DNA of 64,000 nt from Geosiphon pyriformis uo1 (taxonomy: Eukaryota > Fungi > Glomeromycota), in NCBI GenBank assembly GCA_016748015.1, contig JAAOMT010000446.1, positions 125,752-189,751 of the forward strand, given 5' to 3'. Made by a program: the position numbers and the translations under genes. Positions 25,901 to 39,424 of the stretch are shown here, in pieces. The notes below the pieces were generated by a model that ran no database searches, had not been told where the DNA came from, and was given only the letters and a program-made list of their open reading frames with translations. Position 1 is the first letter of the stretch. Every line of letters begins with the position of its first letter.

Positions 25901-27843
25901 AAAAAAATTTACATAACACACTTTAAAGAAAACATTACAAGAAACCCATTATTTGAAAAATATTATTACTATTATTACTTTTGAAAAGATTACAAGATTG
26001 ATTTTTAAAAATTTAGAACAAAAAACTAAATTAAAAAATTTTAAATTTGGTCTTTAAAAAAAATTTGAAAATTAACAAATAATTCAATTTGAACAAATTT
26101 TATTATGAAATTTAACATCAAAAAAAATCCAATTAAAATTTTTCAATGTAATAATAATTAGTAAAAACTGTTGAATTAAACATAACAATAAATTTAATAA
26201 TTATTTACACTAATAATGTTTCTAAATAAAATACAATTATACTCAATAACACAAAAAACATTGCAAAAAAAATCAAATCTTCATTTTATTACAAAATTAA
26301 TTATATTAAAAAATTATAAAAATTCAAATTACTTTAATTCGAAATAAAAATATTTTATAAAACCATTTTATAATAACAAAAAGAATTCAAAAACTTTAGA
26401 ATGTTATTTTTAAACCAAAATATAATTCAATATATTAAAATTTATATTGTTAACCAAAAATTCAATAAAAAAACATGTATTTAATTTTTATAAACAATTT
26501 TTTAATCAAATTGGCTCAATAACTTTTAATAAAAACTATTTATTATTATAGTTACCAATTACTTACAAAAAATATATAAAAATACAAGCAATACCTGATT
26601 TAACAGAAGTTTTAATCGCAAATTTCATTTTTTAAAAAATTGATCACTAATTTTTTAAGAAATTGTTATCTGATAAAAAGAAGCTTTTTTGAAATTTTGT
26701 GCAAAAAATTAAATATTATTTACATGTTTTTTTATTTACAACAAATAATTTAATAAAATATTGTGTAAAAAACAAACTTATAAAATAAAAATCTACTATT
26801 AGTTTTTTTGTATACAAAATAATCAAAAATAATACAATTAATAATATTTGTATTTTTTGCTAAATACAATATTTTAAATAAAAAATGATAATAATAATTG
26901 TATTATACATTAAAACTATTTAAATTTTAGAGTAAACATAATTATACAAACTTATTTTTTTATTTAATCTGTTTTATTAATTTCCATTTACAGATTACAA
27001 ATATATACATGTTCAAACATATTTTAAAGATTAAAAAAATTATAAAAATAATAAAGGTTAAAATAAATATACAATAAAGAAAATATATATTAAAAGATAT
27101 TTTATAATAAGCTTATAAATTTAAAAAGATTTTTATTAAATTGTTTATTTTTGGGCTAAAAGCCAGCTTAGTTTTGTATTTATACATAAATTAACCTAAA
27201 CAATTAAATCTATTTAAAAAAACAAAAAAACATAAATAAAACAATAAAATAGCAGAATTAAAAATATGTATATATAATTTTTATATAATAAATTATATTA
27301 ATTGCTATATTTTTGATTATAATTTACACAATTAAAATATTATTGCTTAAATAAATATAGCATACTTTTACATATTTTATTTTTGTATCTAAATTTATTT
27401 TGTTAATTTTATTATAGTACTTTTATTTATTAAAAAAAATTTATTTTATGTTTTAATTATTATTTGTCTTAGTGTTTTTTTAATTTAAAAATGATTTGTA
27501 TCTAATTTAAGTTATAATTAAATTATGTTATTATTGTGTATTACTGGTTTAAATATAAATAATAAGCTAAAGTCAAAAAAATTAAAAGCAATGTAAATTG
27601 GACCAAAAAAATTTTAAAAAATTTTAAAAAAATTGAAATAAGTAAAATTTAATTAATTTAACCAGGTTTAAGATTATAATTGCTATAATTTATGTTTTAA
27701 TTAATATTACTGAAAAAAATATTTTTCAAAGTATTAATTCTAATTTTAGCTAATTTTTTTAATTGGTTATCTACATATATAAAACTGAATACATTTATGA
27801 TAGACGCAGTTCATGCTTTGTCTGTACGTAACCAGTCATTCGA
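22995..27843. mobile_element. Heavily degraded AT-rich element bounded by ~43-bp inverted repeats; class unknown
   Basis: 22995 TCGAGTGGCTGGTTACATGTAGAAAGCGCGTGATTCGCGTCTA versus revcomp of 27801-27843 TCGAATGACTGGTTACGTACAGACAAAGCATGAACTGCGTCTA; the interior has no intact ORF, only Cys-rich relics. Confidence 0.7.
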
Positions 27844-29079
27844 GCCAGCCAAGGCAATACTATACATTATTCAAAATATTCTTACTTATACCAACATATG
27901 TGTATAAGCGACCAACTAAATATTTTAATGTAATACTAAAATCTTTTAATAAAGACTGTTTCAAGTTTACATAATCATAAATTTAAAAATCTTAATGTTA
28001 AGCTATTTTTATTAAATTTGGCAAATTTTGTTCAAATTATTCAAATTTTACTTATTACAAAATTCAGAATAATACATAATTTAATTATTGCATTCAATTA
28101 CATTTGTAAATTGCTATAAATTAATGTCAATGTAACAAATTAAACAATTAATAAATAATGATACAAATTTCAATTAATAATAGCATTTTGGTTAATTTGT
28201 TTAATTATATACTAAAAATAAAAATAATAAATAAATTTTATTGATTAATTATTTAAATATAAAATAAATATTATCTTATACTAATTTAACGAAATTAACA
28301 TATTACACATATAAAAAATAAAAATATAGCATTATCATTTAAACTTAAAATTACATTTAAAAAGAGTGGTATTTAAATTTTTTTTCTGTATGTATCAAAA
28401 ATTTAAAAATCAAGTAATATAAATATGATTTTGTAATTGATAATTATTTTTTAATTATGTTACTATAATAAGTTTTATTGTATTATAAAATTATTATTTT
28501 ATTTATTTTACCAAAAAAATTTCGCCAAAATTTTTTTAATTTATTTTATTTACATTATTTTGATTTTTAAAAAAATGTTTTTTAAAGTTTTATAATTTTT
28601 ACTTATAAATTTAAATTAAGTTATAATTTAATAAGATTTATGCATAATGTTATTTTAGCAATAAAAATTTTAATTTTAAATTAAAGTAAAACATTTAATT
28701 TAATTATTAATTACATAGTTATTTTAAATACTATATCATTAAAACAATTAATTAGAAATGGTTTTATAATTTAAGTTTATAAAAATTTAACATTAAAATA
28801 AATAACATTAACTATAAATTAAATTTGCAAACTTTATAAACAAAATGATTTAACAGATCAAGTAATTTTGAACTAAATAGTTTTTTAATTAAAATAATAA
28901 TTGGATGACTTCTAACAAAAGCTGGAGTGCTATTAATGAATCAAATGCTAAATATAATTTTTATATATTTTCCCTCATAATACAACAGAGGTGAAGTTGG
29001 AAGATCGTTTTTCATGGAGGATTTGTTGCATATGGCAAATTATTTAGAATCCGTTTTTAAACTGATAGGTTGGTATCAT

Positions 29080-30095
29080 TTAAACCTCAATGACGGTCTT
29101 CCACAATGGATCATTGAGATAATGAATATTATCTATCCCAATACCCTTATTCTTTTGTTTTCTATGTGAAGGTCATACAGGGGAACATAATTGAATTGTT
29201 GTAAGTAATTTGTGGCCAAACAGATATCGACAAAGAGATAATCAATGGCAATTAAAGAACTATTAATTAATGCACAGCACTTTGATAACTTACATATCTT
29301 GTGTCGATAACTTCATCAGCCCGATGGCAATTGCGTGCTCTTTACCTTCTGCAAACACACCGACAATTGTACCGGCGGATAATTCCTCTTCCATCCGGCC
29401 ACCTTTTGAGGTAAGACCTGGGCACATGATATTTGCCCCAGAGAGAATGAATTTTATCGCACCTCGGTCGACTTGAACTTTGGGAAACGAATCGGGATCT
29501 GGGTAGTGTATATAGATGATCCATTATACTTAAAATCCCATAACAAATAAAGGTGCAATTCATCTAGATGATAGTCATCTTTTGCAAATTTACATTTGTG
29601 TAAAAGACGCAGGGTGGGATAATAAGGACCGTCAAAGTGTTGAAAGAAAACAATCTCATTGTTCATAGTCAATAAGTTGATGTGTTCATGGCTGTAAAAT
29701 TATGCAAGAAATTTCAAGTTGATTGATTGATTGATAAAATCCCTAAAAAGGCTACGCTTTTCGGAAAGTCTCAACACAAAGTGCTCCGTACTCTTTGATC
29801 CTTCTCAATATATAAAATGTGTATTCTTCAGATTACCATTTGACCAAGACCAAAGGTGTCTTTTTGGGTAAAACCTCGTCAATTACTGGTTCCAATTGTT
29901 TATACTGCTCCAGAACTTTTGTTCTTATGTTGCGCTGCACGGAAGATTTCACTTGTGACTGATTCGCAACATCTTCTTTGTAGTTGAACCTATAGGTAAT
30001 ATTTAATGTGTTTTAATAATATAGCAGCAAGTTAATTTTAAAATTTCTAGGGATAAAAAGATTGAAGCTTTTCTTAGTACTCGCTTTTTGAACAT
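29080..30095 (-). CDS. TMA20: Translation machinery-associated protein 20 / MCT-1 (PUA domain)
   Basis: MFKKFNYKEDV..QVKSSVQRNIR, FFQHFDGPYYPTLRLLHKYP, VDRGAIKFILSGANIMCPGLTS, GIGIDNIHYLNDPLW; first intron is GC-AG. Confidence 0.95.
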
Positions 30096-30487
30096 CGAAA
30101 TTTTAGCTCCGAAAAGTAAAAATGAAAAGGGTTTTCGCTCGTGGTCGGGAGCGGAATTTTCGCCATACTACACCAATTTAACTGAAATATGAGTCACACA
30201 ACTGATTAGGTTATTTTTCCATGGTTATGAATTGATTATTTGTTTTCCGGGAAAATAAAATAACCACCAGTGTAGGTCAGTGATCTCACGGGGTAGCTAA
30301 CGTGAAAAATGCCGATTAATCGTGAAATTAGATTAAAATTACATGTCCAACTCTTTGCTATTGTCGGGAAATATGGTAATTAAATCCAAGCCTGGAAATT
30401 TAAAAAGGGACTTCAATATAATAAATAGCTTGCCCGGGCTCAATTTCTGATCTTGAATTGTAAAAATGATACTCGAGATATCAATGT

Positions 30488-32364
30488 TTAAATGTAGGTG
30501 ACGTCAAGTCTTAAAGAAAATGGCAATGTTGAATCCGTTACAATAATCTCTTCGTTCTCTTCCACCATATCTTTCAATTTTTTTTCGAGATTCGGCCGTG
30601 TTGCTTTCTCCAAGAAGGGAGGAGCCTGTAAATATAATTTTTTCGAAGCAGTCGCTAAGCTGGGCTTTTTAAGCTGGCTATACATGACCGTGAAAATGGA
30701 GCTTTAGGGAAATTATTGATATTTAAAATAAAATTGATTTTGTAGACACTCACGCATCAGGTTTTTCTTTGAGCCAATCAATAAACTCTTCTAGTGTCCA
30801 ATCCTTCTTCACTTCAACCTTTACTGGATTGCTTTCTTCAGAACACACGGGACATTCTGGTTTCTTTTGATGCTCGAATGTGTAAGTATATATACCTTCA
30901 TTCCCAGTGTACATCATGTAATTATTAAGGTATGGGGCTGTTGTGGTTGCGAGTTTGAATGCTTCATTGCAACACGCAGCTTAAGAAGAAATGTAGGAAT
31001 ATAATTAAAACTGAAGCGATCTGATTTTCAATAGTCAAAATAATGTTTATTACCTGCAATGATTGCGTTTGTGGAGGCAATAGCGGGAATAATGTTTTTT
31101 ACTACACCCTGAGTGAGCGTGTAAGTAACTCCGGTGATATTGAATTCTTTTGCCCTTGCAGAGGCTGCTTCAAGGACCCATTGAATGTGCTGCGGTTCAT
31201 CGGTATCAAGCTTTTGTTCTGATACAATTGGTTGTGATTACGATATCGTAAAGAAATAAAAAAAATGTATTATGCTTCAAAAATAGCTCGACAAAAGACC
31301 TGGAAATACTTTTGTCCATTCTAAAACAGATGCCCATTCTATACAATGCTCTGGAAGACGGGGTGTATTTGCGATCGTACAAATTGGGAACGTCGTGGGC
31401 TTGCTCAACATATCAAGCGAACATTCGTAGCATGATGAAACTGTCGGAATAATGACACGAGCTTGACCTTTGAATCCTGCAAGTTTTTTATTCTTTTGTT
31501 AAACTTTTAAATAGTCATATTCTTTACAGATTGAGATGATAACATAGAAACCTTCAGTCCCCCCATCAATTAAGGGTATTATTTCTTGACCCTCCGCTGA
31601 GATTTCCACTATGGTAGCATTCATCCATCTTCGAGCCTCAACAGAATCTAGACCACATATCACAATTTGAAATTGTGAATAGTATTCAGCGTCTTTATCT
31701 TGAATCTTGCCATAAAAGCTTAAAAAAAAATTCAAATTAGAGTTTAGAGCATGAATCAAAGATTAGACGAGAAGTATGATGCACTTACGGTGTGACATTA
31801 ACACCAGCAACCCGCTTCATCACAAACTCAGCGGCGACAATAGCTTTTGGACGTCCTACGTCTACATGCCTTATTGGAAAGGTTCAAAGTTACAATCTGA
31901 ATGAGGAAAGTTTGGGAAATAAATATATTGAGATTCAATGTCATACCTAAATAGAAACTGTCTGTTTAAATTTGATATGTCGATTGTGTCCATATCAATC
32001 ACATGAATATTCTTAAATCCCGACACCGCGAGATTCTTCAATATCTCACAACCTAGACCACCCGCCCCAATTACCAGAATTTTACAATTATCCAAATTAT
32101 CTTTCTATGAATTGGTTCCCAATCAAAAAGCAAGTTTCAAAGACGAACAGGGAACATTATTCCATGAATCTTCAATCGAAGTTCCAAGAGGATTAAAATT
32201 TCCCTTACCCCTGCACCAGGGATGAAGCTTTCGTCGCAAAAGGCCCCACGACGATTAAGAAGTTTATTTATGTGATCCCATCGACCAGGCCAGTCCAAGT
32301 TTGAATTTGAAGCGTCTTCAGATACTGGGGTATCGGTTTGCATTTGAGCATTTGACTCCGCCAT
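30488..32364 (-). CDS. UBA3: NEDD8-activating enzyme E1 catalytic subunit
   Basis: [60 protein letters not shown], catalytic [28 protein letters not shown]-terminal E2-binding TRPNL. Confidence 0.96.
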
Positions 32365-32565
32365 TCTTTCAAAATTTACAGTGAATGAAGATTCAATATA
32401 TATGTTGATGTATGGAAAATTCCGTTTTTAAACCAGATAAATAAACAGGTATGAAGTAGATTACCCCCCAATTTTAGGACTGATGGGCTACAATACTGAT
32501 GGTTAAAAATAGATCCTCAATTTCTGCGCGTTAGTTTACAACTTTCTCCAACAATTTTTTTTCAA

Positions 32566-33333
32566 ATGTAATGATTGTTTCATTTGAATCTTCAAATGTA
32601 GCTTTCATGATCTGATATACTTTATTTAGGGCGTCACGACGTTCTTCAAGAAAGACTTCGACATCAGCCAAAGTCCCCTCTAGAATAACCAAGGTAAAAA
32701 TATCACAGACTCAAAATAAAAACTTTTTTGGATGTATTTGAATTAGATCTTTTAAATCTGCTTACAGGAAAAATCTTTATCAAATACTGGAGAAGAGGAC
32801 ACCTCCGCCTCAACCTCCACCACTACAACACCCCCATCTCTCCAGTACAATTACATTCCCCCTTTAAACCTAAACAACGTGTTAAAACCGTATAAAAATC
32901 CTCGTTACAAGGCGGCTAAAAGAGCAAAAAACGTCAAACAAATTGTAGCGGCTGAGCGATTGTTAAATATACCATTAGATATTCCAACTTGTAAGCTTTC
33001 TATGATTATGGATTAATCTATAGTCCCAACATATAGAAATATTTTAACATATATTTAACCTTATTAGATTCAAATATTGAAGCACCACCTTCCCTTATAC
33101 CACAAAAAAAGTATTGTGACATTACAGGATTAGAGGTACGCTATTTCTTTCTGCGTTTTTTATTCAAAATTTTCATGATCTTGACTAATTGCAGCCAATA
33201 GGCGAAATACACAGACCCAAAAACCAGACTTAGATACTATTCCTCTGAGGTTTATAAGGAAATTAAGCAAATGAGTCCAGGAGTTGTGCAAGATTATCTC
33301 GGCTTGAGAAACGCGGCAGTTGTATTGAGGTGA
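32566..33333 (+). CDS. IES6: INO80 complex subunit Ies6/INO80C (YL1-C domain)
   Basis: Spliced translation contains [43 protein letters not shown] and YLGLRNAAVVLR*; absent from the ORF track because the exons are short; start inferred as AT|G across intron 32568-32629. Confidence 0.9.
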
Positions 33334-33948
33334 TTCATTATAAATAGAGAACATAATACCACTACTTTTAGCATTGAAGGAAGAAAGTTTTCTTTAGTCA
33401 TTGCTTCTGGTCTTATTTTGTTTTACAGATGATCCCGCAAACCCAAAGGTAGACATCTTTTCCGATGTAGCCATTTATAGTTAGATTTAAGTAAATCAAG
33501 TTGCTTTGTATGTTGTATTGTTACACCACGGGATATTTTTCCGTCGAATTAGAAGTTGTGATAGGAGATTCTTATAGTTCCTTTGGTCTTGTAATTACTA
33601 TGACTGATTAATTCAGTGAGCACGCCCTTAATTCTGCGAGTCTGTACAACTAGTACTTACAGACCGGTATAACAGGGATATTTTGAACATTTAACTTTTG
33701 CTTTCCTACCTTCCGCAGCCAGAAAATTTCCTCCTGACTATTGTTAACGAAATTTTACCCTCTGAAGGTTAAAGCTGGAACTCCTTCAGTAAAGATTGTT
33801 CAAGAAATTATATCTAACTATTTAGTTTGTGACTAGGCGTCTCGCTTCGGTCACCAAAGGTTTTGGGTCATTCATACATTTAATAGTGAAAGAACTCAAG
33901 GCTACTGGTTGCTTGAAAGACAATAATTTTTGATAAGATTATTACCAA

Positions 33949-35245
33949 ATGGCACACAATGACTTACACACAGCGGCTGGCTCGGAAAAGGGTCAGCGTC
34001 TTGCTAGGGCCAGATTTTCAACACAGAATCGTAATCGACTCCCTTATCTAGAGGAAGTCTTAAGGCGAAAGACAGCTCCACCTGTATGTCTTTACAATTT
34101 TTATTTGTACATGAGGGATAGAGAACATTCTGAGGAATATTTGGACTTTTGGCTTGACATTGCAGAACATGAGATATTATGTAGACATTTTGTAAAGGAT
34201 TTGAGACGAGCTGGGGTAGATGTTAATATGGAATACCCAGAATTCGTACGATACAATAATTATCGTTATGGAGAAAAAGACAGTTTGCAACCTAGCGTGA
34301 AAAGAAATTTGAGCTCTTCATCTTATGGAACTGATTCATCTGATATTCCGAGTAATTCCTCCTCGCGTGCTCCATCACCAATACCTCCAATTTCTAGTGG
34401 ACCACATCATGCAATCGACATCCAAACATCTGGTGAAAATAAACAAAGAAATCCACGTTATCGTGATTCAGTTCGCTCTAATACCACAGGAAATCTGTCT
34501 TTTATTGGGCAAAGACCCATCACACGAGAAGATATAAAATTTTCCGCTGATCGAATATATTATAGATATGTAGTTGCACAATCAGAAAAGGAGATTTTGC
34601 TATCAGACCCGATTCGTGAACGAATGAAAGTTGCGATTGAAAAAGACCATCGCGATGATGCAGGTGTTTTTCAGGAAGCCAAAGACGAAGTACTAGAATT
34701 AATGAGATTAGATCCTTTCCCGAGATTTTTGAAGGCAAGAGCATACGGAAACATGACTATTTTGCAGACTATGATAAGACTGGGAATTGGTCTCTTCTTC
34801 TTGTTTGTTGGGTTCGCTGTAGAGTTTAGTTTAATATTCCTTAATAAGTCACGGCTATTACGACTATGGGTAAGTGAAGCTATCCTCCTATTAAAGAAAT
34901 TTTAAATTCTAAGTCTGAAGTCATATTTTAGGGCTTTATTCCTATATTTGCTGGTGTGGCGAATCTCTTTGCGAACCAAACGGAACTTAGTCCATTATTT
35001 GTATTATTGAAAACAAGGTTAGCGAGATCAATTGCTTCAATTATTGCTCTTGCAATTTCAAAAAATATTTTATTGATATCTCCCATCATTTTAGTGAAAC
35101 AACTTTCCTACAGTTTCAAACAATCAGGGAATTATTCATATACAAGCTTCAGGTTCACAAAGGTATTCGAGTCTTTCTTGCAAGTTTAATTGTTTCCTTT
35201 CTGATAACTGCGGTATTTATCGCGGTGCCTGGACATCGTCTATGA
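33949..35245 (+). CDS. RAX1: RGS-domain membrane protein, Rax1 (bud-site selection) family
   Basis: RLPYLEEVLRRKTAPPVCLYNFYLYMRD..SEEYLDFWLD, EKEI, RDD..VF, FPRFL...GN, C-terminal TM helices, ends VPGHRL*; exons 33949-34869, 34932-35017, 35095-35245. Confidence 0.88.
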
Positions 35246-35572
35246 CCATAGAGCCTAGAAAATATGCATATTATCATTTTCTTATGCGATCAAGTATATT
35301 ATAAATATATTTTTTAAAGAAATATTGCTGTCTTTTTGCATCCTATTTCATTTATATTAGCCTATTTCACAATTATGTTTATTTAGAATTCCTTGAAAAT
35401 AATTTTGTAAAATAACTGTTATGTGTAGCAACTTAGATTTTAAGAACTGCTCAATTCCTAAGAATTAGCAGTCTAACTGTTATAGAATGAGCAGATGTTT
35501 TTTCTCGGAATAAATACCCGGCAATTCCGAAACCCTATTTTATAGGTTAATCGAATTGAGTAGTTTTTTAAC

Positions 35573-38500
35573 ATGGCCGCGTTATTTAAGAAACTGTCTC
35601 CAGGCCGAGGAGCAAATTTTTCTCCGTCTTCAATTACCACAGACGAGTGTGCTTACGATCGTACTCGTTATGGCCATATATTGAACTGGGACAAACATTG
35701 CTTATATATTCATGGGCGACCTATGTTTATAATCAGTGGGGAGTTTCACTATTGGCGCGTACCAGATAGGTCTCGTTGGGGTCATATTTTGAAAAAGTAT
35801 CGAGCAGGTGGCTTCAACTGTATTCGCATCTACTTTCACTGGGGCTTTCACAGTCCAGACGAGGGGGTATACAATTTTGAAGGGAACCAAGATGTGGATT
35901 ATTTGCTCACCCTATGCGAGCAACTAAAATTATTTGTACTAGCCGCTCCCGGACCTTATATTTGCGCAGAAACCCAGGCTGGCGGGTTTCCGTTTTGGGT
36001 TGTGGCTAAAAAAAAACGTTTGCGTAACATGTGGTTTACAGGGTTCAAAAGATACGATCCTGAATTCTGCGAGTATGAACGTGAATGGTTCAAAAATATT
36101 TTGCCAATTCTCGCATGCCATCAAATCACTGCAAAGTCTAATGGGTGCCTAATTGGTGTACAAATTGAAAATGAATTATTTGAAAAAGTAAAAGGGATTT
36201 TCTCTTTTGGTTTGCCCGATGAAATGAGATTCTTATGCAAAGTTGCACGGGAAGAGGGTATAACAGTTCCATTATTTACTAATGACCCTGAGGAGGCTGG
36301 TTCCTGGATTGCTCGTTCGGAAACTGACAGAAAGCGAGCAAAGAATTTTTTTCCCCAAGACAAATTTGGGCTTGATCTTTATGGTTTTGATAAATATGTC
36401 GGTGAATATCATCCGCATCACATAAATATTATTTCAGCAATATCAAAGTTTTAAGGATCACGATATGTTATTTTATGATTTATAGTATTTGTTCCTGCAA
36501 GTGCCCCAGTCGCTTGGGCAAATAAAGCAAATTTGGACCCTAAGAAATGGGCCCCATGGAAACCTGAAGAAGTGATGAGGAGTGTCGATAACCTTGAAAA
36601 AACTGTTCGAAATTTCGGGTTTGATGCTGCTAAGGTTTTTCTAATACCTACATATGTCCTTTGTTTTGTCCGATACTAGTTTAGTAGTAACCAATTTTCT
36701 ATACGGTTCAGTCGCCGCTTTTCATTCCAGAACTTCAGGGAGGCTGGTTCAGTTTTTATCAGTTGGACCACACATTTGATGATATCTATGACTTTTATGG
36801 GGACAACTATACGCGTCTATTGTATGAATCTACATTAGCACAAGGCCTTACCATGTCTTCTATTTATATGGTGTACGGTGGAACCAATTGGGGTACCCTA
36901 GGCGACACGTAACTCATTTTTTTAAGTGTTGAGATTTTTGATAGTTATTTTTTTTTTTTGAAAAAATTTTTCTCATAGTGATGCGTATACCTCATATGAT
37001 TACTCTGCCTGCATTCGAGAATATGGATACTTATCTGGTCGGCTTCGTAATCTGCGTCTTACCAACCACTTTGTGCAGAGCTTTTCTGATGTGTTTTCAA
37101 AGACTGAACGCGTTAAAAAACCTTTTATATCAGCTTCAATTGAAGGGGTGATTAACCTTCAGCGACAAACTATAGCCGATGAAAAAGCAAGCTGCACTCC
37201 ACCCTTATTCACATTTTTACGGAACTTTAGCAAGGATAAGCGAGCTCAATTTCAGATTTGTATCGATTATAAGGATATCGAAGGGCCAATAAATAGATTA
37301 TGGCTTCAATGTTTTTTACCTTACAAAACATCTTTCATTGCTTTGGGCAATTATACTACCATCACAGGATTAAAGTTAATAATGTCAACTTTGCCTATCC
37401 ATATAAGGACTTTCCTTCCAGCCAGTGAAGATCAACCAGTGAGTGAAATTTGGATTATCCCAGCTAATCATCTCGGTGAATTAGCGTTCGAAGGAATGGT
37501 TATTGTGGATGGAAATATTAGCCCAACCGTTCGCATAAACAACCAGAAAGTGTACGTTGTATTGTTTAATGGCTTGCCTGGTTATGCTAGAATCCGGCGT
37601 CACAATGAGGATAACCGAATACTTTATGTGTTAGCTTTGGACAATGAAGCCCTTGGTACACTTCACGCTGTTTTTGATGACCCACATTGGGCACGTGAAT
37701 TTGAGTCACCTCATTCTCTTCCCCACTCGCCATTACTTGTTACTTGGGGAACGCAAAACGTATTTTATGATCATGAATCTGCTACTTTGGAAACTGAGTT
37801 TGGAGAAGATGAAAAAGAAATCACTTTAATTTGTCCACATAAAAACCCTTCCAATTTTCATTCCTATCAAAATGAAACATACCCCCTACCCTTCATTTAT
37901 ACTAAAAGATTAACTCCAAATGACATCATATCATCAATTCAACTTACCACCAACCTTGACAATTGGCGAACACGGGTGACCAATTTTTCAGATTTGGAAT
38001 GGCAAATTACGGATTTGAAAAAGACAGCTCTTGATCATTTTTATATCTCGGGGCATATTCTTTATCGAGCCAGATTCAATGCGCAATACACGACTCGAAG
38101 TGGTGCCTTGAACATAAGAATCAACATGCGACATCGATGTACGATATTTATGAATGGACGCTTTGTTGGTGGGCACACAACATACTCGCGACAATTATTT
38201 TTTCCAGGGGCAAAGGCTGGACCAGAACTTTTCTCCTCATATGGAACGCAAAAGTATAATCTGACTGAATTTGCACATCCCCCAGGAAATCCTGAGCAAA
38301 ACGAAATTATTATAGTAGTGGAAAATTTGGGATTATGCCGTCAGGCCATTGTTTTTAACGATGCACCCAATCCGAGAGGAATTTTATATGCACGGTTAAA
38401 TGGAGTTAAAAGTGACAACAAAATTGAATGGGCGGTTAGCGGAATAGACGTTCGTCGATTAGAGACCCCTTTTATTACTAGTGGTTTTTCTGATGAGCAT

Positions 38501-38959
38501 AAAAGAACTGGATGGATTGATCATGTAGAAGGGATTAATGGGTATGGAGTCGAACCATCGGACGGTATTAGATGGTGGAGTTTTCAATTCAAACATCCGG
38601 TTGACGAGGCACACAAAAATACAATTTTGGCACCATTAAGAATTGTATTGCAAGGTAATTTCAGCTCATATATATTCTTGAACGGGACGCTAATTGGTAG
38701 ATATTATGGGAATGGAGATTCCTCGCAGCATGATTTTTATTTGATGGATGGCTTACTGAATCATGCCGAAGAGAACCAAATAGTGTTGATGGTTTACACA
38801 TGGGAGGTTGTCACGAAAGAGCAAATTAAGATTGAAATTCGAGGTTGGGAAGTGGACGACGTTCATAAAACAGGAAATCTAATTAGATTACGAGATGGTG
38901 CTCGTGATGAGTATGAATTAAAAAGTTGGATTGTTTGGCGAGACGTTTTTTCCTTATGA
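35573..38959 (+). CDS. Glycoside hydrolase family 35 (beta-galactosidase-like), no evident signal peptide
   Basis: ISGEFHYWR, YFHWGFH, PGPYICAE..GGFP, QIENE (acid/base), PELQGGWF (nucleophile), YMVYGGTNWG, YTSYDY; exons 35573-36401, 36486-36634, 36712-36908, 36979-38959. Confidence 0.92.
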
Positions 38960-39424
38960 TCAAACTAATGCAATTTGATATTATAAAAATTATTTTATTT
39001 TACTAGTCAATTTAATATATTTTAACTTTCTAATGATTAATGACATAAATTAAATAAAAAATATGTAAATGGTCCTTGCCATCACATTTGGTCTTGACTA
39101 TGGAATTCACATGAATCCAGCTCACTGGTTCTTTTCATAACAATTTTCAAATTGGATGTATTGGCTCCAACGATCTCTTTTTTAGTATATAAAACCCAAA
39201 TAACTCGCTCAATTCAAGGATCTATAACAAGAGGTATTCATTCAAAATTCACAAGGATCCTTGAAATGCAACAATATTGAAAAGTTAATTGATTTCCCAT
39301 CATTTACAGAAGGGGAAAATTTTGTTTATTTAAATTAAAATAATCTGCTTCAATGCGATTTTCATCGAGCTTCCGGCTAACGACTCAAAAGCTGTAGAGC
39401 CTACTTTGAATACTAGTGAAAATT

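Noticed and set aside
33841-33850. CTCGCTTCGG resembling the U6 snRNA 5' end
   Set aside because: No ACAGAGA box or remaining U6 sequence follows
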